DNA of 64,000 nucleotides from a virus. Lineage: Duplodnaviria; Caudoviricetes. Below are positions 45,038 to 54,310 of the stretch, one piece after another (position 1 is the first letter of the stretch; each line of letters starts with the position of its first letter). The notes beneath the pieces are model-generated. The model worked only from the letters and a program-made list of their open reading frames with translations. It did not search any database and was not told the DNA's origin. The stretch lies in the IMG/VR virus record IMGVR_UViG_3300020120_000084, positions 5,090 through 69,089 of that record; one strand, 5' to 3'. A program made the translations under genes and the position numbers.

Positions 45038-46174
45038 TCAGGGCAGGTCGAAGACGCGGACGTAGTCGATGAGGCAGCTCTCGGTGGTGGCCGGCCCCCC
45101 GGCGAGCATCTGCAGGTACAGCAGCAGCATGAACTGGGCTCCGGACGCGGGCACGTTCCCGGACGCCGACGTGTGGGTCGTGGTGCCGTCCCGGGCGTAC
45201 ACCGCGGAGACGCCCGGTTTCCACTTCACGTTGTAGACGTGCATCGCGGCGGAGAAGTCCGTCGCCGTGGTCACGATGAACGAGTCGGGGCTGCTGCTGT
45301 TCCACGTGACGTTCCCGTAGTCGTGCGGGGCGGCGATCTGGGAGGGGTTCCATTCGGCGACGTCGAGTTCCGCCTGCCCGGTGCTGTCCCAGCCGGTCTG
45401 CAGCGGGTCGGTTTTCCAGTCGTTCAGGCGCGTCTGCCCGGCCAGCCAGAACAGGCCGGGCCAGAACCCGTTCCCCGAGTCGGCGCAGACCTGCTGCCGC
45501 ACCTCGAACGTCATCGTATTCCCGGCGGTGGGCGCCCACGTTTTCGTGTTGGACTGGCACGCGCCGGACAGCCACGTCTGCGTGCGGACCGTGTTGCCGT
45601 CCGACGGGTAGGAGATGCCGGTGTGCGACGTGTGGGTCGCGGTGAGCTGCAGGTTCCCGGACCCGTCGAGGACGCACTGGGACGGCAGGTACCACTCGAC
45701 CTCGGACTGGGCGATGTACCCGCACCGGGAGTACACCCACCATTCCGGGTCGATCGGCCCGGACGCGGGCCCGTTGAAATCATCCCCGAACACCAGGCCG
45801 GCCAGCGGCGTGTTCGCCCCCGACGCCGCGGATTCGCCCCCGGCGCCCGCGGCGTTGGACGCGTGGACGGTGAACGTATACGCGGTGGAGTTGGTGAGCC
45901 CGGTGCACGGGATGGTCACGTACGTGTTCCCGTTGCTGCCGGTGATGCTGCCCGCCGACCCCACGGCGGTCGTCGTCGCCGACTGCGCCACCCCGGCGAT
46001 GTACGGGGTCGCCGTGTAGGACGTGACGGCGCCGCCGGTGCCGGGGCTGGACGGCGCCAGGAACGACAGGGTGGCCCCGGCGTCCTTCGTGATCGACGTG
46101 ACATTCGACGGCGCGGACGGCGTGGTCCCGGACGGCGCCGCGTACCAGACGGGGGTGTAACCCAGGACCGGCAT
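45038..46174 (-). CDS. FN3 + GH16-like (laminarinase-fold) protein
   Basis: PSAPSNV...YTFTVHASNAAG.G (FN3); F.DDFNG, FWPGLFWL, ELDVAE catalytic motif, H.Y...W, IDYVRV. Confidence 0.8.
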   Translation of the reverse strand: MPVLGYTPVWYAAPSGTTPSAPSNVTSITKDAGATLSFLAPSSPGTGGAVTSYTATPYIAGVAQSATTTAVGSAGSITGSNGNTYVTIPCTGLTNSTAYTFTVHASNAAGAGGESAASGANTPLAGLVFGDDFNGPASGPIDPEWWVYSRCGYIAQSEVEWYLPSQCVLDGSGNLQLTATHTSHTGISYPSDGNTVRTQTWLSGACQSNTKTWAPTAGNTMTFEVRQQVCADSGNGFWPGLFWLAGQTRLNDWKTDPLQTGWDSTGQAELDVAEWNPSQIAAPHDYGNVTWNSSSPDSFIVTTATDFSAAMHVYNVKWKPGVSAVYARDGTTTHTSASGNVPASGAQFMLLLYLQMLAGGPATTESCLIDYVRVFDLP

Positions 46175-46183
46175 CCAGGCCGC

Positions 46184-46765
46184 TCAGTTCAGGCCGAACA
46201 TGAGAATCTGCTGGACGGTCGTGGTAGCTCCGGCGTTGGACGCCGACCAGGTGCCGTACAGCTCCGGGAAGTACGCGACGTTAGACGCCAGGGCGGTCAG
46301 GTTCGCGGCGAACTGGGCTTCGAGCGCCGCGGTGCTCGGCGCGCCGCCAGAGGCCAGGATCGACTGGCGCCAGGAACCGTTCACCTGCAAGGTCATGCCC
46401 GCGCTCGTACCCAGCGCCTGGCAGGTAATCCAGGCTTCCATCTCCCACTGGCAGGTCGTGGACGCCGTGGGCGCGGTGGTCGTGTAGATGGTCGCGGGGG
46501 TCAGGGCGGTGGCGCTGTTGGCCGTCGTGTTCACCGCGAACGCCGGGGAGAACGTGGCCGCTGTCGCCGCGTTGGCGATCGTTCCCAGCGCCTTGAAGTA
46601 GATCGCCCGCTGGGCGGCTCCGGAGAAGAACCCGGCCGGGATTGTCGGCACCAGCGCGGTGGCGATCAGCGGGCCGATGGGCGCCTGCGTGGTGTAGGTG
46701 TTCTTGGTGACCGGGGTGGCCAGCGCGTACAGCAGCTCGCACGAGGTGCCGGTGTAGAACGACAT
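46184..46765 (-). CDS. virion structural protein (beta-rich)
   Basis: Thr/Ala-rich ORF in structural block. Confidence 0.7.
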   Translation of the reverse strand: MSFYTGTSCELLYALATPVTKNTYTTQAPIGPLIATALVPTIPAGFFSGAAQRAIYFKALGTIANAATAATFSPAFAVNTTANSATALTPATIYTTTAPTASTTCQWEMEAWITCQALGTSAGMTLQVNGSWRQSILASGGAPSTAALEAQFAANLTALASNVAYFPELYGTWSASNAGATTTVQQILMFGLN

Positions 46766-46780
46766 CTGGGTCAGCGTCCT

Positions 46781-47239
46781 TTACGTCAGGGAGATCTGGA
46801 TCCCGGCAGCGGCACCGCTCCCGCCGACTACCTGGAATGTGTTGCCGGACGCCACGGCGACAGGCTGCCCGTTGAACGGCCCCCACCAGGACCGGACACC
46901 CGTGTTCGACTGCAGGTCGAACGACACGACGTTGGTGGGTGACCCGTTGGAGACGAACGACTGGGTGACCGCGGGCACCCCCACCGCCGACCCGGCCGAC
47001 GACACGGCCGACGCGTTGGCCATCAGCCACCCGCCGCTGACCGCGGTGGTGTACCCGGAGGTCTGGGTGGGAAGCTCGGTGCCCGCCGCGGACGCTGTGG
47101 ACAGCGTGGAGTTGAGCCGGATCCGCATCGCCGCGGCGCCCAGCGGCGTGCCCAGCGCCGTCCCGGGGACGCCCGCCGCCCCCGTCGGGGTCAGCGCGTT
47201 GAGGATCAGCGACACGAGTGTCTGGTCGATGGCCGCCAT
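46781..47239 (-). CDS. fibre-base-like structural protein
   Basis: GTEL....GY...; VA.GNTFQ pattern. Confidence 0.65.
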   Translation of the reverse strand: MAAIDQTLVSLILNALTPTGAAGVPGTALGTPLGAAAMRIRLNSTLSTASAAGTELPTQTSGYTTAVSGGWLMANASAVSSAGSAVGVPAVTQSFVSNGSPTNVVSFDLQSNTGVRSWWGPFNGQPVAVASGNTFQVVGGSGAAAGIQISLT

Positions 47240-47392
47240 CTAAGTTCTCCTCGCCTGCGTCCGCGGACGCTTCTGTCACCGTCTGGCCGCCGACCGCGAT
47301 TATGTGACCGGCCGCGTCAACGACCTGCCAACCGCACGGCGTCGCCACTGCGGGCGGCTCGTCCTCCGGCTCGAACGCCAGCCCCTCAGTCA

Positions 47393-47581
47393 TCAGCTCA
47401 CCTGGCGGAGCAGCGGTATCTTGTCGCCGGGCACGCCGTAGATCTGGTCGAAGACGAGTTCCACCGTGATGATCGTCTTGCCGCCCGCGCTGACCAGGTG
47501 CCCGTCCGGGTCCAGGACCCGCCACCCCTGGTCCGGTTCCCACGGCGGCGGCACGATCTCCGCCTTGCCCAGCAGGTGCAT
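47393..47581 (-). CDS. small hypothetical protein
   Basis: GWRVLDPDGHLVSAGG; paralogous to the next downstream frame. Confidence 0.55.
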   Translation of the reverse strand: MHLLGKAEIVPPPWEPDQGWRVLDPDGHLVSAGGKTIITVELVFDQIYGVPGDKIPLLRQVS

Positions 47582-47604
47582 AGCGGTCTCCCTTCAGGTC
47601 AGCG

Positions 47605-48267
47605 TCACATCATGTCCGCCGGGTCGTGATGCCACCGCACGGTCACCCCCGGCACGAACTCCCACCGGGCCCCGGCGTTGACCCACCGGCTGATCAGGTC
47701 CCAGTCCGCGTCGCCGCCCCACCGCCAGTTCGCCTGCCGCAGCAGGCCGGCCCGGTGCACCACCATGTTCCCGTCGATCTGCCCGTGCGCGGGGGTGCCG
47801 TCGCCGACCACGTCCCACCGCTGCGCGCCGAACCACCGCTCCATCTGCGTGTAGGCGAAGTCCGCGCCGGAGGCGTCCAGCGCCTTCGCGCACGCCTGCA
47901 GGTGGCCGGGCAGGTACTCGCAGTCCTGGTCCAGGTAGCCGATCAGGTCCCCGGCGGCGAGGTAGGTCCCGGCCAGCGCGGTGGACACGCCCCGGGAACC
48001 CCGGCCGCCGCGTCCGCCGGGACGCCCGGGGGGCTGCCCGGCGTCGTCGCCGCCGAGGAACCCGTGCCAGTTCCGGCCGAGCTCGGCGAGCACCCGTTTC
48101 CCGTGCCCGGCGTAGCCCAGGGCGTGCAGCGCCTCGCGCAGCCCCGGGTCGGGGCCGTCCGCGACCACCACATGCTGCCAGTCCTGCCAGGTCTGCGCCT
48201 CCAGCGACGCGATGGCCCGCTGCAGGGCCGGCCAGTCCCGGTAGGCGGGGGTGACGACGGAGATCAC
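47605..48267 (-). CDS. GT2 glycosyltransferase
   Basis: ISVVTPAY, VVVADG, YLDQD (DxD), DWDL..R. Confidence 0.88.
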   Translation of the reverse strand: MISVVTPAYRDWPALQRAIASLEAQTWQDWQHVVVADGPDPGLREALHALGYAGHGKRVLAELGRNWHGFLGGDDAGQPPGRPGGRGGRGSRGVSTALAGTYLAAGDLIGYLDQDCEYLPGHLQACAKALDASGADFAYTQMERWFGAQRWDVVGDGTPAHGQIDGNMVVHRAGLLRQANWRWGGDADWDLISRWVNAGARWEFVPGVTVRWHHDPADMM

Positions 48268-48737
48268 GCATGCTCCGGCAGCGCGTCGCAGCGCATCACG
48301 TCGACGGCCACGCCGTCCCTGGTGAACGCGTGCACCAGGCGGTAGCCGATGGAGAGGCAGATTTTCTGCTGGGCCGCGTTGTCCCGGCGGACCTCCGCCC
48401 ACATCGGGACGCCGTGGGCGTGGGCGCGCTTCACGTTCTCGATGGTGATGATCCGGCCGAGCCCTTCCCCGCGGCGGGCCGCCGCGACGCCCGTGGACGA
48501 CCAGGCGCGGCCCTCCTCGTCCCAGACAATCAGCCCGTACGCCACCGGCTCCCCCCCGGCGTGCACGAGGAACCCCTCGACCTTCCCCGTCACGATCCTG
48601 GCCCGGTAGAACTCCCGCTGGGCGGCCGGGGTGATCTGGCTGGTATCCCTGGTCATCGACGCGGCGCACTGGTTGCGCAGGACGCGGAGGATCTCGGCTG
48701 CCTCCGGGCTATCGATGGCCTCGAACGAGAGCTGCAT
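48264..48737 (-). CDS. GNAT N-acetyltransferase
   Basis: V.AARRGEGLG, EVRRDNAAQQK...SIGY. Confidence 0.85.
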   Translation of the reverse strand: MQLSFEAIDSPEAAEILRVLRNQCAASMTRDTSQITPAAQREFYRARIVTGKVEGFLVHAGGEPVAYGLIVWDEEGRAWSSTGVAAARRGEGLGRIITIENVKRAHAHGVPMWAEVRRDNAAQQKICLSIGYRLVHAFTRDGVAVDVMRCDALPEHA

Positions 48738-48765
48738 ATACGCCTCTCCCTGCTTTACTTACGCC

Positions 48766-49146
48766 ATGCCAGAGTCAGAGACTGCGCGGATGGCTGAGAT
48801 CCCGGTAAGCATCGTCACCGATGAGATGGTCACCCGCGCCTACGCCATATTCATGCAGAACGTCACGGCAGTCACCCCGATACATGATGGCAGCCCGGAC
48901 GGCATCGTCATCCATCCCCGGACCGCCATCCGCAAGGCGCTGGAAGCGGCGCTCGACAGCCCCGACCTGGACGGTGCGGCGGCTGTCCTGCACCGCGAGC
49001 CGGACGGCTCGCTGTCCGCGCGCATAGCCAGCCAGAAGACCCCGGAGGTGATCGTCGCGTTCGCTGACGACCTGACCCCGGAGCAGGCCGACAGGTTCGC
49101 GGAACGCATCAAGGCGACGCTCGCGCCTTGCGCTCGCAGAAGCTGA
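48766..49146 (+). CDS. hypothetical moron protein
   Basis: Antisense insert; VTDEMV.RA...A.RKALEAAL pattern; start may be 48790. Confidence 0.55.
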   Translation: MPESETARMAEIPVSIVTDEMVTRAYAIFMQNVTAVTPIHDGSPDGIVIHPRTAIRKALEAALDSPDLDGAAAVLHREPDGSLSARIASQKTPEVIVAFADDLTPEQADRFAERIKATLAPCARRS

Positions 49147-50248
49147 TCACCACGTCGGCCACCCGGCGGCGGTCTTCCTCCGTCAGCGCCCAGTGGACCG
49201 GGATGCAGCACATGCGGGAATAGAACTCGTCCGCGCCCGGCAGCGGCCCGGCCGGGAACTCCTTGAAGCAGGTGAGCCTGTCCAGCCGGGCGTGCACCCG
49301 CGAGGCGGCCACGCCGTGTTCTTCCGCGTACCGCATGAACGCCACCCGCTGCGCCTCGTCAGCCCAGATCAGCGTGTACAGCCACCACGCGCCCCGCGCC
49401 TTCGGCAGGCTCGCCGCGACCCGGACGCGGCCGGCGAACCGGGAATGGTAATAGGCCGCGTTGTCCCGGTGCCGGGCCAGCACTGACGGGAGATGGCGCA
49501 GCTGGGCCAGGCCGATCGTCGCGGCGATGTCGTTCATGTGCCATTTCAGGCCGGGGCTGGTGATGTCGGCGCCGGTCCGGGCGTCCTCGCCGCCGGCGAG
49601 CCGGTCGATGCCGTACCAGCGCAGCAGCCGGCCGCGCTCGGCGTCCTGCCCGGTCGCCGTGGCCAGCAGGCCGCCGTCTCCGGTGGTCAGGTGCTTGATC
49701 GCCTGGAATGAGTAGCACGTGTAGTCCGCCGCGGCCGGCCAGCCGTCCCACGACGCGCCGAGCGCGTGCGCGGCGTCGACGATGAGGGGGATCTCATGGC
49801 GAGCGCTGATCGCGTTCAGGGCGTCCATGTCGCACGGCTGCCCGCCCCAGTGCACCGCCAGGATCGCCCGCGTATCCCTGGTGATCTTCCGCTCGGCATC
49901 GGCCGGGTCGATGTTCCCCGTGGCCGGGTCGATGTCGGCCCAGGCCGGCCGCGCGCCCTCAGCCAGGACCGGCAGGGCGGTCGCGGCGCACGTCACCGGC
50001 GTCGTGATGACCTCGCCCATCTTGACGTCAGCCAGGCGGAGAGCCAGCTGGATCGCCGACGTGCACGAATTGACTGCCAGCACGTTCGCGTGTCCCAGGA
50101 ACCCTGCCATCTGCCGCTCGAACTCGGCGGCCTGCGGCCCCTGCCCGATGTACCCGGAGTACAGGGTCTGCTCGAGCGCGGGCATCAGCTCGCCGGCCGG
50201 GGGCATGTGCACCCGGAACAGCGGCACCGGGGCCGGGTGCAGCGCCAT
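49109..50248 (-). CDS. DegT/DnrJ/EryC1/StrS-family PLP sugar aminotransferase
   Basis: VNSCTSA, VHWGG, IVDAAHA, SFQAIKHLTTGDGG. Confidence 0.93.
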   Translation of the reverse strand: MALHPAPVPLFRVHMPPAGELMPALEQTLYSGYIGQGPQAAEFERQMAGFLGHANVLAVNSCTSAIQLALRLADVKMGEVITTPVTCAATALPVLAEGARPAWADIDPATGNIDPADAERKITRDTRAILAVHWGGQPCDMDALNAISARHEIPLIVDAAHALGASWDGWPAAADYTCYSFQAIKHLTTGDGGLLATATGQDAERGRLLRWYGIDRLAGGEDARTGADITSPGLKWHMNDIAATIGLAQLRHLPSVLARHRDNAAYYHSRFAGRVRVAASLPKARGAWWLYTLIWADEAQRVAFMRYAEEHGVAASRVHARLDRLTCFKEFPAGPLPGADEFYSRMCCIPVHWALTEEDRRRVADVVISFCERKARASP

Positions 50249-50270
50249 GCGTCTCCCGTATCTTGAGTGA

Positions 50271-50615
50271 GTGACCGAAGAGGACAAGAAAGCCCTGGCC
50301 GCCGCGATAGCCGATGAGCTGGAAGATTCCGCGTACGGCATCGAGACCGAAGCTGACCGTATCCGCACAGCCCTGCTGGTCGTCGACCGCATCCAGCACG
50401 ACCTCTACCGGCAGGGCTGGATGCCGCCCGAGACCTACGACAACGTCCAGGCGTGGGCCGCGCGGACCGGGAACCTCCCCGACCATCACGTCAGCCGCGA
50501 CGTCCTGACCTCGCACCTATGCGAGCTGGCGGCCATCCTGCAAGCTACGGCCCCTGGTGGGGGAACGACAGGTCCGTCGGCCAGTCATCGGCCGCCGACG
50601 GGGACTCCAGGCTGA
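50271..50615 (+). CDS. hypothetical moron protein
   Basis: TATCTT -10 six nt before GTG. Confidence 0.55.
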   Translation: MTEEDKKALAAAIADELEDSAYGIETEADRIRTALLVVDRIQHDLYRQGWMPPETYDNVQAWAARTGNLPDHHVSRDVLTSHLCELAAILQATAPGGGTTGPSASHRPPTGTPG

Positions 50616-50823
50616 ACCCGCCCGCCCCGGCGCCCTGCGGCGAGTCCGCCCACTCCGCCGCCCCGGCGCACCACGCGTCCCCCGCCGACGTCGCCGTCGC
50701 GAACTCACCCGGGATCGACCCGTCGTAGGGCGCCTGGATGTCCGGCGGCACCCCGTTGTCCTCGGCGGCGTACCTCTCCTCCGGGCTGACAGGCCCCGAC
50801 TGGGGCGGCAGCGGTGCGGTCAT
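50545..50823 (-). CDS. small acidic hypothetical protein
   Basis: Coupled to upstream gene. Confidence 0.6.
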   Translation of the reverse strand: MTAPLPPQSGPVSPEERYAAEDNGVPPDIQAPYDGSIPGEFATATSAGDAWCAGAAEWADSPQGAGAGGFSLESPSAADDWPTDLSFPHQGP

Positions 50824-51074
50824 GATGCGCCTTCCGGTAGTGGCGGCGGCTCCCCGCCGAGAATCGACGTGTCGTGGAACGGCGGGCCCGGCATCGGCAT
50901 CAGGTCGCCGAGGGAGTCGCCCGCCGTGTGGGTGGCCTGCTCGATCTCCATCACGTGCGCCATCCCCGCGGCCTTGGCCGCCTCGACGGTCGCCGCGATC
51001 GTGCTGTCGCTGCCCGCGTCCAGCGGCGTGCCGGGCGGCGCGGACATCAGCCCGTCCGGGCCCGCGTCAGCCAC
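50820..51074 (-). CDS. small hypothetical protein
   Basis: Coupled ORF. Confidence 0.6.
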   Translation of the reverse strand: MADAGPDGLMSAPPGTPLDAGSDSTIAATVEAAKAAGMAHVMEIEQATHTAGDSLGDLMPMPGPPFHDTSILGGEPPPLPEGAS

Positions 51075-51282
51075 CGGAAGCCTTCCCGGCCCCGGTAGCC
51101 GCGGCCTTCGCCTTCGCGACTGCCGCCTTGACCCCGGCCGGCGGGGCGTCGTCGGACAGCTTGTCGAAGATCCCCGGCACCGCCGCCACCGCCGGGTCGC
51201 CGTCGGGGAACTTCTCGCCCTTGCGGATGTACAGGGCGTTGCCGTTCACGTCGTACCAGCCGGCTTCACGGGACAGCCACAC
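51067..51282 (-). CDS. small head-associated protein
   Basis: IRKGEKFPDGDP.V...PG.F motif typical of capsid-adjacent genes. Confidence 0.6.
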   Translation of the reverse strand: MWLSREAGWYDVNGNALYIRKGEKFPDGDPAVAAVPGIFDKLSDDAPPAGVKAAVAKAKAAATGAGKASGG

Positions 51283-52279
51283 GATCCATCACTCCTTCGT
51301 ACGCGGCCTGCCAGGCGGTGTACCGCTTCTGGATAGTCCACTCCCGCGCCAGCCGCCTCGCCGCCGCGCCCATCTCCGCCCGCATGCCCTCATCGTTCAC
51401 CAGGTCGCGCAGGTACCGGGACCACTCGTGGTCATACCGGACCAGGAACCCCGTCACCCCGTGCTCCACGAAACCCCGGTACGCCTCGCAGTCAGACGCC
51501 ACCACCGGGATCCCCCGCGCCGCGTACTCCAGCGCCCGCAGAGGCGACTTGCACCAGTTGAACGCCGCACCCCGATCCAGCGGCGCCACCCCGATATCGA
51601 AGTCGACGCCGGCGTAGAAATCCCACAGATCCGGCGTCCACGGGGTGTGACGCGACCGGCCCGGCGGCGCCTTCCACTCCTCGATCAGCGAGTAATCCGC
51701 GCCGACGAAATGGAAATCAACCTGCGGGTTCCTGACCAGGAACCTGCTCAGCATCGGCGCGGCATACCGGAAGTCCCGCAGGTGGCTCGTGCCGCCCGAC
51801 CAGCCGACCGTCACCCGCTCCCGGGCCGGACGCTCCAGGGCCAGCAGGTCCTCGTGCACGCAGTTCGGCAGGACCACCACATTCGGGTTGTACCGCTTCG
51901 CCACGTCCACCAGCGGCTCAACCGAGACGGTTACCAGGTCGGAGATGGCTAGCAGGTAGGCGGCGATGTCCCGGCACTCCGGCAGCCGGTGCCACAGCGA
52001 CCCCTCGTGGTCGGAGCTGAACACGTCGTCGTCGATGTCGTACACCAGGCGGGTCTTGCCCGCCCACGACTCCCACAGCTCCATCCCCCGCGGCCCGGTC
52101 AGCAGCTGCCCGGCGAACACGTCGATGTCGCCCGCGTTCAGCTCCGCGTCGGGCAGCCACACCATGCCCCGCTCCGGGAGCATCACGTTGTGGCCGCGGC
52201 GGCGGAGCTCGGCCAGCGGCTGGTAGCAGCGGTAGTAGCCGCACCCGTCCGCACCCACCGGCAGGCCGAATATCTTCAC
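51266..52279 (-). CDS. GT4-like glycosyltransferase
   Basis: GCGYYRCYQP, YDIDD, VGWSGG.SH..D, IG.APL...FN.CKS....EY.A.GIP.VASD. Confidence 0.9.
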   Translation of the reverse strand: MKIFGLPVGADGCGYYRCYQPLAELRRRGHNVMLPERGMVWLPDAELNAGDIDVFAGQLLTGPRGMELWESWAGKTRLVYDIDDDVFSSDHEGSLWHRLPECRDIAAYLLAISDLVTVSVEPLVDVAKRYNPNVVVLPNCVHEDLLALERPARERVTVGWSGGTSHLRDFRYAAPMLSRFLVRNPQVDFHFVGADYSLIEEWKAPPGRSRHTPWTPDLWDFYAGVDFDIGVAPLDRGAAFNWCKSPLRALEYAARGIPVVASDCEAYRGFVEHGVTGFLVRYDHEWSRYLRDLVNDEGMRAEMGAAARRLAREWTIQKRYTAWQAAYEGVMDRVAVP

Positions 52280-52530
52280 GTGCCGGGGCCGCCCGGATGC
52301 AGCTTCAGGTACTCGTTCCGCGCCGGCGACAGCGCCGGGACGTCCAGCGGCACCGTGGTGAACATCTCCGGCCGCTGCACCACAGCCTGCGTCGTGCTGT
52401 CCCGCAGGAACCCCAGGCCAACGAACTCGGCGGTGCCCGTGACCGTGTTCCACCACCAGAACGACTGGGTTGCGTAGCGAGCAGCGATCGGAACCGCCTC
52501 CTTTCCTGGCGAAGTGCGGCCCGCCCGCAC
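52276..52530 (-). CDS. small hypothetical protein (start uncertain, possibly ATC 52488)
   Basis: AARYATQSFWWW...; GTGA coupling to GT. Confidence 0.55.
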   Translation of the reverse strand: MRAGRTSPGKEAVPIAARYATQSFWWWNTVTGTAEFVGLGFLRDSTTQAVVQRPEMFTTVPLDVPALSPARNEYLKLHPGGPGT

Positions 52531-52553
52531 AGGGCACGGGCGGCCCGCACTTC
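52511..52553. terminator. strong hairpin downstream of capsid gene
   Basis: 17-bp stem with one mismatch GAAGTGCGGCCCGCCCG/CGGGCGGCCCGCACTTC; no U-tract. Confidence 0.5.
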
Positions 52554-52567
52554 ACGTCCTGGAGTGA

Positions 52568-54290
52568 TCAGGTCAGCAGGACCCTGAACGCCGCCGGGGT
52601 CGACACGTTCGCGCCGACCCTCCAGTACATGAACCAGCCGCTCTGACCGGTCGGCTGGTTCGCGCTGGCACCCGTGCCGGTGACCATGGGCTCGTAGATG
52701 ATCGACACGCCCACCCTGTCGACGATGTAGTAGTTCGAGAAGTCCCCGAACACCATCGGCTTGTGCGTGGTCGTCAGCACCGGGTCGATCGAGCTGGACT
52801 CGTAGATGGGCTTGCCCATCAGCTGTTCCGGGCTGTCCTTCCCCAGGTTGGTCCAGAACGAGGAGCCGCCCGCGGTGTCGAGGGCCCTGGTGCGGTTGAT
52901 CTGGGCGACGTTCGCGACCCAGGCGCAGTTCGGGGAGTTGCGGAACCGCGGCGGGAGCGCGGCGTGGATGGCGTACACGTCGCCGAGGACGTACGCGCCG
53001 GTCGTGATCGTGGCCGTGGTCGTGGTCGCACCGACCACGACGCCCGTGGGCTGAGCCGTGCCCGTGCCGGTTGCGAAGGCGGCTTCTTCTAGCCTGTCCT
53101 TGGCGTCCGCCAGAAGGCGCGGCAATTGCTGCCCGAAATCTGTATCGCTCAGAACTTCGAACGAGCCGAAGATCCACGCCGCGGCTTTCAGCGGCGTAAT
53201 CACGATGTTCCCGACCGTCGGGGACTGGTCGCCGGACGCCGTTCCTTCAGCGAGCCACGCCGCCGTGACACCCGCAGAGGTTACTCCGTTCCACGTATTA
53301 CTCGTCGTGGTCTTGACGTTGGAAATCCGCCGGTACGGGTTCGCACTGGCGTTGTTCGTGAGCACGATGGTTGGCGCATTTGTTACTCACGCCCGAGGGC
53401 GCGGGGCTGGTCATCTCTGCCAGCCTCTGCATGTCTCCATGCAGGCCGGACTATATCTTCACCCGCGTGGGGTGCCACGTACATAGTCTCTGAACCTTCC
53501 CGTCGGAACCTTGCGGTTCCAGGCGGGCTCGGCTGCTGATTATCCCTACCGGCCGCTTCTCAGACCGTCGCGCTCACGCTTTCGCGTCACGCTGTGGTGC
53601 GGCCGTCTGGCAGGACGTCCCAGCAATTCTCGCGGTTTTCACTGGCCCCTTACGGGATCAGGCGACCTGGCAATCGAGCACGAAGGGGAGGAGGTATCCG
53701 CCAGATGCCACGCCCAGGTTCAGCGCGGCACGGGTCGCGGTGGACATGTGGTCCGGGTCCCGGAGGTACTTCTCGAACGCGTCGTAGTACTCCTGCGACC
53801 CGGTCTCGAGGATGTGGCGGGCGATGTTGTTGTCCTTGTAGTACCCGCCGTGCTGGACTTTCTGGGTGGCTTCCTCGGCCCAGTCGTGCTGGATCATCCC
53901 GCGCCTGGCGACGACCTCGATAGCGTCCAGCGCCCGGTCGCGGAGCTCGCCGCGGCTGATCATGTTGTCGGACACCTTGTCCATGGCGTCCCACGGGTCG
54001 TGCTGGCTGCGGACGACCAGCTCGGGGCCCCTGCGGGCGGGGGGGCTGGAGGCGTAGCCCGGCGGCGGCTCCAGGTTGGCGGGGTCCTCGGCCTGCCGGG
54101 TGATTTCCCGGATTTTCTCCATCCGCTCGATCAGCGGCTTGGACTTCAGGTCGAGCTCCTCCCACCTGGCGAGGAGGGTGTCCCGCAGGTCGCCGTCCTG
54201 CTCGTCGGTGGTCTCCAGGTCGTTTTCCATCCGCTGGAGCTCGTTCTTGATCCTCGCCATCTCGTCGAGGAATTCCTGCAGCGCGGCCAT
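52568..54290 (-). CDS. HK97-fold major capsid protein, two exons (54290-53673, 53374-52568; 474 aa spliced)
   Basis: Spliced junction gives GGYLLPFVLD|PTIVLTNN; W.AEG, FGDFS.Y.IVDR.G, G...YWRVG. Confidence 0.92.
53375..53672 (-). ncRNA. group I self-splicing intron, 298 nt, no internal ORF
   Basis: P AATTGCTGGGA, Q AATCAGCAGCC, R GTTCAGAGACTATG, S AAGATATAGTCC; 5' exon ends in U with P1 CGAU:GUCG; terminal omega-G. Confidence 0.93.
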
Positions 54291-54310
54291 TCCGCGCTCC
54301 TTTCGGCTGG

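Noticed and set aside
337-45065. Long opposite-strand or off-frame ORFs (337..1611, 26092..28599, 29649..31286, 38731..41364, 40955..42397, 43101..45065 and others)
   Set aside because: Shadow ORFs typical of high-GC DNA, overlapping well-supported genes
53658-54290. Capsid exon 1 as a separate scaffold gene ending CQVA
   Set aside because: The last residues are intron sequence; splicing restores a continuous capsid
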